In this document: piece after piece, positions 18,975 through 27,044 of the stretch | Layout of the letters: every line of letters begins with the position of its first letter | Position numbering within the stretch: position 1 is the stretch's first letter | From: Limisphaerales bacterium | Lineage (GTDB): Bacteria; Verrucomicrobiota; Verrucomicrobiia; Limisphaerales; SIBE01 | Assembly (NCBI GenBank): GCA_044225505.1 | Contig: JBGAIN010000076.1 | Span: 1-37,812, forward strand | Direction of reading: 5' to 3' | Length of the DNA stretch: 37,812 nucleotides | Made by a program: the position numbers and the translations under genes | Notes under the pieces: generated by a model | Told to the model about the DNA's origin: nothing | Seen by the model: only the letters and a program-made list of their open reading frames with translations | The model's database searches: none

Positions 18975-19855
18975 GCCTGAAAGAGTTCTCGCAGCTCGCT
19001 TACTAAACGCAGAAATTTCTCCCGTGTCTCCGGTGAGACAATCGGCTTGAATTCACCGATGGTCAGATCGCGAGCCTGCATGACTGCGGCGACGTCCATG
19101 GGGAAGTGCACGGCGGGGATCCGCCTGGCGATCTCGGTCATGCGCACGAGAGGCGCGGCGTCGGTGGCCATCGGAATACATCGCGCAGCGGCCAGGGCCT
19201 GAGAAACCAACTCTGGAACTCCGTTGGATAGCCCGCTCACGCAGCCGCTGACGCCCATGGGAATGGCTTCCCCTAAACGTGTGTCCGCCCCGGTTAATAC
19301 GACGAAGCCTGTCTGTTTTCCCAAAGCTACCAGATCTTTATGATAGGCGAATTCGCTGCCGCTTTGTTTGACACCCACTACGGGAACCCGAGCTGCCACG
19401 GCGGCAATGGTCTCGAGGGCGATGCGGTTGCCGGTGCGCTCTGGAAAATTGTAGAGGAACAACGGCAACTGCGCGGCCTCGGCCGCTCGCACGAAGAACT
19501 CGATTAGGTCACATTGGGCAACCGGGTAGAAGTAAGGAGGCAGGAGGCTAATCGCTGCAGCGCCGCAAGCGCGGGCACAGCGACCAAGGTCAGCAACAAC
19601 CCCGGGTTGAATATCACTGACATTGATCATCAGGCGCAGTGACCCGGACAGCTTTGCGACCTTCTCAATCATGGCTTGCCGTTTGGGCGGATCGAGTTGA
19701 AGAAACTCCCCGGTGCTGCCCAGAGCCAGCAGACCGTCGACTCCGCGGGACCGCATGAAATCGAGATTGGATCGCAAGGCACCCTCGATGAGTTGTCCTT
19801 TGCTGTCGGTTGGAGTCCAGAGCGCGCAGTATAACCCGTCCCAATTTAATGACAT
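18959..19855 (-). CDS. Dihydrodipicolinate synthase / N-acetylneuraminate lyase family aldolase
   Basis: Motifs LGSTGEF, LPPYFY, LYNFPERTG and GVKQS (Schiff-base Lys). Start is 19855 or 19879. Confidence 0.88.
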   Translation of the reverse strand: MSLNWDGLYCALWTPTDSKGQLIEGALRSNLDFMRSRGVDGLLALGSTGEFLQLDPPKRQAMIEKVAKLSGSLRLMINVSDIQPGVVADLGRCARACGAAAISLLPPYFYPVAQCDLIEFFVRAAEAAQLPLFLYNFPERTGNRIALETIAAVAARVPVVGVKQSGSEFAYHKDLVALGKQTGFVVLTGADTRLGEAIPMGVSGCVSGLSNGVPELVSQALAAARCIPMATDAAPLVRMTEIARRIPAVHFPMDVAAVMQARDLTIGEFKPIVSPETREKFLRLVSELRELFQAWRLV

Positions 19856-20030
19856 GCGACGAGGATTATGGCTTTCCATCTTATTGGAAAGTGCGAAATC
19901 CGACCTCTGACGAATGGCAGCGTCGGAAGATACGTTTAGCGGCATTCTTTGCGACTGCGCATAGGAAGCGGACGCCGAGGAGGAAACGCGGATTTAACCG
20001 ATAACAATAGGTCGTCGCTGCGTTTGCGTC

Positions 20031-20060
20031 TTGAGTTAAGCGGCTGTTTCAATTTATACT
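20031..20060 (+). promoter_or_regulatory. Sigma70-type promoter for the large secreted protein, probably leaderless
   Basis: TTGAGT-18 nt-TATACT, ending 6 nt before ATG 20067. Confidence 0.6.
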
Positions 20061-20066
20061 CTGCCG

Positions 20067-23000
20067 ATGATTGGCGTTACCAGACCCGTGATCGTCGGAC
20101 GTTGGGGCTTCCTAGTAATCGTGATTCTGACAGCATTTTTGTCCGACGGACTGGGTGCTACGGTCGCGTGGAAAGCCGGATCCAGTGGAAACTGGAACGA
20201 CCCTGGCAATTGGAGCGGCAATGCCGTGCCCAGTGCGGGAGACATTGTCCTGATCACCAATGCGGGAACCTACACAGTTTCATTGAATGTCTCTGCCAGC
20301 GTTAGCGAGTTAACCCTGACCGCGCCAACGGGAAAGGCATCGCTGCTCTTGAACGCCGGGACTTTAACGATCGACAATCTGGCGACGGTCGGTGCTGGCG
20401 GGGCTTTGCGCCTGGATTCAGGTGGGATCTTGAGCGGCAGTGGAGATATTTCCATCAATGAGTTTACCTGGAGTGGCGGACAGATTGAAGGGGCAGGGAA
20501 GTTGGTATTTCCAGCGGGAGCGGTGGTGGACGTGGTCAACGGAGGGCAACATAACCTAAGGGATCGAACGATCGTGAACGGAACGACGGTGAACTGGCCC
20601 AGCGAGACGCCGACTTACGTGGGTTTTGGCACAGTGTGGCAGAACCAAGCTGGATCGGTCTTGGAGATGAGTGGGGATGCGCAGATGTATTTCTGGGGTG
20701 GCAACCCTGGCTCCTTTCAGAACGCTGGCACAGTGCGAAAAAGCGGAGGAGCAGCGGTCGGCTATTTTGATTGGAATTTCACTAACGCAGGGACTGTGAG
20801 TCTGCAAAAAGGAACTCTCAATTTTCGACAGGGCTACGTCCAGACAGGTGGCCGAACTGATTTGACCGGGGGCAACTACGGCGGTGCGCCTGTTCTCATG
20901 GACATTCAAGGTGGGACATTGGAGGGAGCGGGCCTAATTGACACCGGGGTCTCGATTGGGGGAGAGCTCCGGCCGGGCAATCCCCTTGGGACCCTTTCGG
21001 TCGGGTCGAATTGGAACCACACGAACACCGTCTCGAGCCGATCGATTTTCCAACTGGGCGGGCTCGAGAAAGGAGTGAGCTACGATCATTTTGCCGTCGG
21101 TGGCGCGTTGAACATTAATGGCGAGTTGAAAATCGAGTTTGCGAACGGCTTTGAACCGAGCGGCGGAGACGCGTTTGAACTCATGCATGGAGCCCTCGTT
21201 AAAGGAACTTTTACAGCGACCAATCCGCCCTCGGGATTTGCACCAGACCTAACCTACACGACGACCAACGTCGTCTTACGATTGATAAAGACGGGCATTG
21301 TCGCGCCGCAAATCACGACGCAGCCGCTGAATGTCACCGTGAAAGACGGGCAGCCCGCGAGTTTTCAAGTCATCGCGTCGGGAGGAGGTCTCACCTATCA
21401 ATGGCGGAAGAACGGCACGAATATCAACGGAGCCACTGCCGCGACTTACTCTATTGCAGCTGTCCGGTTTTCCGACACCGGCAGCTACACTGTCGTGGTG
21501 GCCAATGCTGGCGGATCGCAAACCAGCGACGGCGCGGTGTTGCGGGTTATTCCAACGAATCTCGATTCCGGTTTGGTCGCTCGCTACGCGTTCGAGGAAA
21601 ACCTGAACGACTCAGTCAGCGGACGAAACGGGGTTACCAACGGCTCCCCTGGCTACGTGCCCGGCGTTTTGGGGAAAGCGGTGCGCTTAGACGGACGCAC
21701 CTCGATTCCGCTCGGTTCGAACCCAGCCGAGCTCCTCGTGGATGCAAATAACGCTATCTCCGCTTCATTCTGGATCCATCCTCGCGCGCTCAAAGAAATG
21801 GTTCCGCTGAGACTGGCCACCGCATTCGGAGAGTTCGCGGTTTACCTGAGTGCGGGACCGACGGATGGGTACGGAACGCATTTTGGTTTTCGAGGTCATC
21901 TCGGACCCATGACGCGCGATCCACGAGCTACCTTTGAAAGTAAAGTGGGCTGCTGGACCCATGTGGTGGTTGTTTTTCAAGGCGGATCGCCGGACAGCCT
22001 GGCTAGCTATGCGCTATTTATTAATGGTGAGTCTGTGCCGTTCGATTCGTCAGTTCAGCTGGGAGGACCATCCAATCTCAATGAACTGGGAACTAACTTG
22101 CAGGGTGTCAACGGATGGGTGATTGGCGATATGGACGAAGTCCGTGTCTACGGAAGGGCGCTTCTGGCTGAGGAATCCGTAGTCCTCGCCGCGGCGCCGC
22201 CAGAATGCCTGCCGGAGATTGTGCAGCAACCTGTCGACGCTGGGGCTCAGTTGGGCGGAACGATCCGTCTTGAGGTGGGGGCGATCGGGGGAGCGTCGTT
22301 ACGTTATCAATGGTTCAAAGGCCCCATCGCGGTTCCGAACGCGACCAACGCAGTGTATAGCGTCATCGCGGCCCCAGAAATCGAAGGAACGTATTACGTT
22401 TCCGCAAAGAACGATCGGGGCGAAGTTCGCAGCGTCGAAGTGAATGTCAATGTGGTCGTTCCGCCGCCCCCAGGCTATGCTGGCCTTACTACCGGAACTT
22501 CCGAGGCGATTACGGCAGCCTCGTTTCTCAGTCCCTTTTCCGGGTGGTATACGACTTTGGGAGGGAGTGTTTATCTGACGGGTAACGGCGGCAGCACCTG
22601 GACGTTTTCCAACACGGGCTTCAATGTGCCGCTCTACGCGATCCAGCTCGTTGGGGGCGTGGGGTATATCGCGGGCGCGGGTGGAACAATCGGAATTTCG
22701 ACCAACAATGGAGCAAGTTGGATACGCTATAGCACCGGGACGACAGTGACCTTCTACGGATTGTCCTTTTACACATCGCAAAGCGGTTGGGCCGTTGGCT
22801 CGGGAGGGACAATTTGCTATTACAATGGAAGCTCCTGGGTTCCTTACGCCACAGGGACAGGGGAAACGTTTTATTCTGTCGCAGTCGATGGTGGAACCTC
22901 CGGCGTTGCTTGGGCGGTGGGGTCCAGTGGGATCATCTGCCGCTATTCAGGGGGACAGTGGATCCCGGTGCAAACCGGCACCTCAGCGACCTTTTACGGC

Positions 23001-23852
23001 GTGAGCTTTCTCAATCCTTCGTTCGGCTATGCGGTCGGTTCCGGCGGGACGATCTGCCGTTGGAACGGGACGGCTTGGGTTGCCTTGAACACTGGGACTA
23101 CAGGTACGTTCCGAAACGTTGTTATAGTCGATGCGACGACCGCTTATGCCATCGGCGACGGTGGCCTGTTCTGCGTCACGCGCGACGGTGGCACGACCTG
23201 GACTTCTCTGGGCTCGGGCACGAAAGCGAATTTGAACGGGCTGGCCTTCAGCGGTGGGAGGTTGTTCTCCTTCGGGGCAGGCGGAACAGGGTTCTCATTC
23301 GTTTCCCCGGGACAAGTGGTAAATCAACCGCCAAACATTGCCATTCTGTTTCCCGCGCCGAATGCGTCTTTCCTCGCTTGCCTGCATATCCCGGTCACGG
23401 CGGCTGCGAGCGATCCAGATGGAACAGTCTCTAAAGTCGAATTCTACCGTGGCCAGTTTAAGTTGGCCGAGTTCACGACTCCGCCGCCACGAAATCTGCC
23501 GTTCCGGACCAGATTCGATACCACAGCGCTCGGATCGTACGAACTCCGTGCCGTGGCGACCGATAATTCGGGTGCCAGCACCGTCTCTGAGCCCGTGACG
23601 ATCAATGTCTTGCCCTGGCCCTTGGACACCGGCGTCGTGGAGGACTACAACAATCCAGGAGGGTGCACGCTGTGCTTATTCGGGGAAGTTGGCGAAGATT
23701 ACATCCTCCAAAGAACCGACGACATTGTGCCTCCTCAGAACTGGACTAGCATTTCGACCAACAACGTTCCGGAGCCGTTTCTCCGCGTTACGGATACAAA
23801 TGTGGTTGGGCGCATTAAGCGGTTCTATCGATTCCAAAAGGTGAATCCTTGA
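20067..23852 (+). CDS. Large secreted multidomain protein: beta-helix-like region, Ig, LamG, Ig, 7-blade YCF48/BNR-like propeller, bacterial Ig, C-terminal RFYR domain
   Basis: Signal peptide; WNDPGNWS start motif; Ig motifs YQWRKNG and YQWFKG; LamG motifs WTHVVV and GDMDEVRVY; 40-aa propeller repeats; SDPDGTVSKVEFY; C-terminal TDTN...RFYR. Confidence 0.88.
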   Translation: MIGVTRPVIVGRWGFLVIVILTAFLSDGLGATVAWKAGSSGNWNDPGNWSGNAVPSAGDIVLITNAGTYTVSLNVSASVSELTLTAPTGKASLLLNAGTLTIDNLATVGAGGALRLDSGGILSGSGDISINEFTWSGGQIEGAGKLVFPAGAVVDVVNGGQHNLRDRTIVNGTTVNWPSETPTYVGFGTVWQNQAGSVLEMSGDAQMYFWGGNPGSFQNAGTVRKSGGAAVGYFDWNFTNAGTVSLQKGTLNFRQGYVQTGGRTDLTGGNYGGAPVLMDIQGGTLEGAGLIDTGVSIGGELRPGNPLGTLSVGSNWNHTNTVSSRSIFQLGGLEKGVSYDHFAVGGALNINGELKIEFANGFEPSGGDAFELMHGALVKGTFTATNPPSGFAPDLTYTTTNVVLRLIKTGIVAPQITTQPLNVTVKDGQPASFQVIASGGGLTYQWRKNGTNINGATAATYSIAAVRFSDTGSYTVVVANAGGSQTSDGAVLRVIPTNLDSGLVARYAFEENLNDSVSGRNGVTNGSPGYVPGVLGKAVRLDGRTSIPLGSNPAELLVDANNAISASFWIHPRALKEMVPLRLATAFGEFAVYLSAGPTDGYGTHFGFRGHLGPMTRDPRATFESKVGCWTHVVVVFQGGSPDSLASYALFINGESVPFDSSVQLGGPSNLNELGTNLQGVNGWVIGDMDEVRVYGRALLAEESVVLAAAPPECLPEIVQQPVDAGAQLGGTIRLEVGAIGGASLRYQWFKGPIAVPNATNAVYSVIAAPEIEGTYYVSAKNDRGEVRSVEVNVNVVVPPPPGYAGLTTGTSEAITAASFLSPFSGWYTTLGGSVYLTGNGGSTWTFSNTGFNVPLYAIQLVGGVGYIAGAGGTIGISTNNGASWIRYSTGTTVTFYGLSFYTSQSGWAVGSGGTICYYNGSSWVPYATGTGETFYSVAVDGGTSGVAWAVGSSGIICRYSGGQWIPVQTGTSATFYGVSFLNPSFGYAVGSGGTICRWNGTAWVALNTGTTGTFRNVVIVDATTAYAIGDGGLFCVTRDGGTTWTSLGSGTKANLNGLAFSGGRLFSFGAGGTGFSFVSPGQVVNQPPNIAILFPAPNASFLACLHIPVTAAASDPDGTVSKVEFYRGQFKLAEFTTPPPRNLPFRTRFDTTALGSYELRAVATDNSGASTVSEPVTINVLPWPLDTGVVEDYNNPGGCTLCLFGEVGEDYILQRTDDIVPPQNWTSISTNNVPEPFLRVTDTNVVGRIKRFYRFQKVNP

Positions 23853-23922
23853 GGGACGACCTAGGAAACGCGTCCGGACCGCAGCGGTGACTTTGGTCGG
23901 CCGCTTTGGGCTCCCGGGCTCG

Positions 23923-25326
23923 TCATGGATCCCGGTGGCTCGCTGTCAGTATCATCGCTTGTCCGGGGTTTAAACTCAGGGTAACGCATTGGTCGTGAAT
24001 TGCGACCTTGCCAGTGGGATGCGGTCCGTCCACGCTCAAGCTCGCGGTCTGAGCTGTCGTGACACCGTTCCAGCCGGGTGGCAATGTCCAGCGCTTTGAG
24101 CGATAACCATTGCTACTGAAAGCCACGATGGTTCGGTTCAGCCACAATGCCGGAATGAAGAGATCTTCACCCACTCGGATGGCCTGAGAGCCCTTCTCTG
24201 CGTCTGAATTGTTTTGGTAGTACCAAGGCACAACGTCATGGCAGAATTTCTGCAGAAGACCTGAAAGCTGGACTGGATCAGTCTTTATTTCTGGCTCGGC
24301 CCGCATCGGAGTGCCGCAGTAAAGGCTCGGCGGGATCTCTTTGGCCGGCGGTTGATAATCCCAAGCCATGGGTTGCAGGCCGACGAACGCATCTGGACGG
24401 AGAAATGTGCTGCCTTCGCTGGTGACGTCAATGCCTCGATCTCGGAAGTAGCGAAAGATTTTTCGCTGCGCTGCGATTTCTCGTTCCAGTGAGTAACCTA
24501 AGAACGGGCTGATGCGTTGGTCCGACTTGTCTTGGTCGGGATATTTTTCTTGAGGGTAAGCGTGTGGAATTGGGCGCAGAGAGTGGAACGCGTCAATGTG
24601 AATAGTGCCCGCCTCAGCGACGGGGAGCATGTGCAGCAATGCATCAATCCGCTTTCGCGCGAGTCCGGTTTCCCACTCGCGCGCGTAGCTTAGGTAGTAA
24701 ATTTGACCGATGACGGGATCGGTTCCCGGAAAGTCCTCAAACTCGCCTTTGATTAAGCGGCCTTGAGCATCTTTCGCAATCACATCTTGCGCGAGATACG
24801 TGGGCCACATTGGACTATCTTCATACGCATCGAACATGTTGATGTGAAGACTGACGGTTGTGTGATAATGGAAGCCTTCGGCCATTAACCACCGGAGGCT
24901 ATCGACGGCTGTCGGATCTTCGGCGCGTTTCAGTCGAGGATTGACCACCGACCAATCGGGATACTTTGAATCGTGACCATCGTGTTGCCAGCCGACCAAG
25001 TAAACAATCTTCGGGATTCCCAAGGTCAAGTTGTCCAGGCGCCGGATGACGTCGCGCGCTTGGGCGAAGGTTAGGCAAACCTGTGATTGGTTTCCGGTTT
25101 GTTTGAGGGCTAGGAAGATTTTGGTGACGAGCGTTTGGTGATAACGGTGTCGGTAAGGTCGCTCCGGTTGCCTGGTCGCGCGCCAGTCATAATAGTCTCC
25201 GGAGGGGTCACCGAGTCCTCGAGACTCGACTTCGGTAGGGAGAAGCTGCACGGGGAGAAGTAGCGCAATAGCTGCGAGAATTAACCACCTGTGCCGCCGT
25301 GACCGTGATTTATCGAGGCTTGTCAT
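23923..25326 (-). CDS. Secreted GH101-like (endo-alpha-N-acetylgalactosaminidase family) TIM-barrel protein
   Basis: Signal peptide; motifs YLVGWQHDGHDSKYP, HINMFDAY, IHIDAFH and TSEG resemble the GH101 core. Family recalled, not searched. Confidence 0.65.
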   Translation of the reverse strand: MTSLDKSRSRRHRWLILAAIALLLPVQLLPTEVESRGLGDPSGDYYDWRATRQPERPYRHRYHQTLVTKIFLALKQTGNQSQVCLTFAQARDVIRRLDNLTLGIPKIVYLVGWQHDGHDSKYPDWSVVNPRLKRAEDPTAVDSLRWLMAEGFHYHTTVSLHINMFDAYEDSPMWPTYLAQDVIAKDAQGRLIKGEFEDFPGTDPVIGQIYYLSYAREWETGLARKRIDALLHMLPVAEAGTIHIDAFHSLRPIPHAYPQEKYPDQDKSDQRISPFLGYSLEREIAAQRKIFRYFRDRGIDVTSEGSTFLRPDAFVGLQPMAWDYQPPAKEIPPSLYCGTPMRAEPEIKTDPVQLSGLLQKFCHDVVPWYYQNNSDAEKGSQAIRVGEDLFIPALWLNRTIVAFSSNGYRSKRWTLPPGWNGVTTAQTASLSVDGPHPTGKVAIHDQCVTLSLNPGQAMILTASHRDP

Positions 25327-25525
25327 GAGAGAGTTTCCTCAGTTCAACAAACGTCTGCGCTTCCTGCAATGGAAACCTCGGCTAGCCAGGCGCGCTGCCA
25401 AGGACCGCGGCGAATCCAAGTCAACCACGGCAGACCAGACGAAGTCTTCTGCGCGGATCTGATCTGTCTTGCCGCGGCCAACGAAGGCTCGTTCGTTTTC
25501 CTCGCTGCTTTCCTCCGGCAGACGA

Positions 25526-25542
25526 TTGGCACGATGCGTGCA
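25526..25542 (+). promoter_or_regulatory. Sigma-54 (-24/-12) promoter of the four-gene operon
   Basis: TTGGCACGATGCGTGCA differs from consensus YTGGCACGNNNNTTGCW at one position, about 83 nt upstream of ATG 25625. Confidence 0.8.
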
Positions 25543-25624
25543 TTCCACACTCAGAGCTTAACCACGGGCGTTCGGAAGCGGTGGTGAGTTGCTTCTGCGC
25601 AGCGGCCCGAAGCGCATCCAAGGT

Positions 25625-27043
25625 ATGCAAAACTCCGATTACGAAAACCAGTTGTTTGATGAGTCGTTCTACGGTCCGGGGCGGCACGAAGAGCCCGAGG
25701 CGTTTGGCGTGGAAGGCGAACACTCCCTCTTCAGCGACACCGAGGAGACGAAACTGACCGCGGAGATGCTCGAGGTTACGAACGAAGCCGAATTGCAGCA
25801 GTTCCTCCAACGTTTAGTTGCCGGAGGGGCGGGAGAAGCCAAACGCCTGCCCGTCTTTCGTTACCTGGAACCGTTGCTTCGACAGGTTGCCGTCCAGACG
25901 TTGCCGTCGGTGTTCCAGAATGCGCAAGGCGCATCTCTGGGGACCCGCAACGGTACCGCTGGCAGCTTGGCCGACGCGGCCGGGGGTTTGTTTGGACTCG
26001 AATTGGAAGGGTTGAGCCGTGAGGACCAGGAATTTGAAGCGGCGCGGCAATTTGTGCGTTTCGGGACTGCGACCGTGCGCCACGGCCGGCGTTTGCCTGC
26101 TTCGATCCCACCGCAGGCCGCCGCGCGGCGCGCGTTCCATGCGGCAGCCAGACGTTATGCTCCGGGCTTGCATCGCGGGTTCGGGATGCGCAGGCCAGGC
26201 TATCGGGGCGAACCCACTACCGATGCGGCGTCGCCTTTCCCCATTGCGGTGACGTGTGATTGTCATTGCGGTTCGCCAGCCGCAGAAGAAAGCAGTGCTG
26301 CTGGCCAAGCTGCCCCATCTCCTTTGCCGGATAGTCAGCCGGCGAACTCAACTGACTCAAAAACTCTAACCAGTGAAGAAATCCATATGCACGATCTAGA
26401 TCGCACGACCATGGAAGTGACCGACGAAACCGAAGCATTCGAATCCGAGGAATTTCAAGAATTCGAAGGTTCGGGAGACGGGCTGTTTAACGAGGACGAA
26501 GAGGCCGAGATGGCGGCCGGCTTATTGGAGATCAACGACGAAGCGGAGCTTGATCAGTTTATCGGGTCCTTTCTGAAAAAGGCACGAAGCTATTTAGGTG
26601 GGGCATTAAAGTCGCCGTTGCTGGGGCCATTAGGTGGCTATCTCAAGGGCGCTATCAAGAAGGCTTTGCCTATCGCAGGCGGGGCGCTCGGCAATTTGGT
26701 CGCCCCAGGGGTTGGTGGTGCACTCGGTTCTCAATTGGCTTCCAAAGGCAGTTCGATGCTCGGATTTGAAATGGAAGGCATCGCTACGGAGGACCAGGAG
26801 TTTGAGGTCGCCAAACAGATCGTGCGCATGGCGGCAACCGCGGCGCAGGAGGCAGCACAGTCCCCCGCAGCCACTGTCGATCCACAAGGGGCGGCCAAGA
26901 CCGCCATGATCAGCGCTGCCCGCGCTCATCTGCCTGGGTTGCTGGAAGGTCAGGCTAAATCTAAAGGAGGCGGATGTCACTGCCACCGGCCGGGGGGACG
27001 TTGGTATCGCCGCGGGCAACAGATCATCCTGGTGGGAGCTTGA
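25625..27043 (+). CDS. Hypothetical acidic helical protein with two tandem homologous domains and a glycine zipper
   Basis: Repeated blocks LEVTNEAELQQFL / LEINDEAELDQFI and GLELEGLSREDQEFEAARQFVR / GFEMEGIATEDQEFEVAKQIVR. ATG 25625 preferred; in-frame internal ATG at 26387. Confidence 0.85.
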   Translation: MQNSDYENQLFDESFYGPGRHEEPEAFGVEGEHSLFSDTEETKLTAEMLEVTNEAELQQFLQRLVAGGAGEAKRLPVFRYLEPLLRQVAVQTLPSVFQNAQGASLGTRNGTAGSLADAAGGLFGLELEGLSREDQEFEAARQFVRFGTATVRHGRRLPASIPPQAAARRAFHAAARRYAPGLHRGFGMRRPGYRGEPTTDAASPFPIAVTCDCHCGSPAAEESSAAGQAAPSPLPDSQPANSTDSKTLTSEEIHMHDLDRTTMEVTDETEAFESEEFQEFEGSGDGLFNEDEEAEMAAGLLEINDEAELDQFIGSFLKKARSYLGGALKSPLLGPLGGYLKGAIKKALPIAGGALGNLVAPGVGGALGSQLASKGSSMLGFEMEGIATEDQEFEVAKQIVRMAATAAQEAAQSPAATVDPQGAAKTAMISAARAHLPGLLEGQAKSKGGGCHCHRPGGRWYRRGQQIILVGA

Positions 27044-27044
27044 T

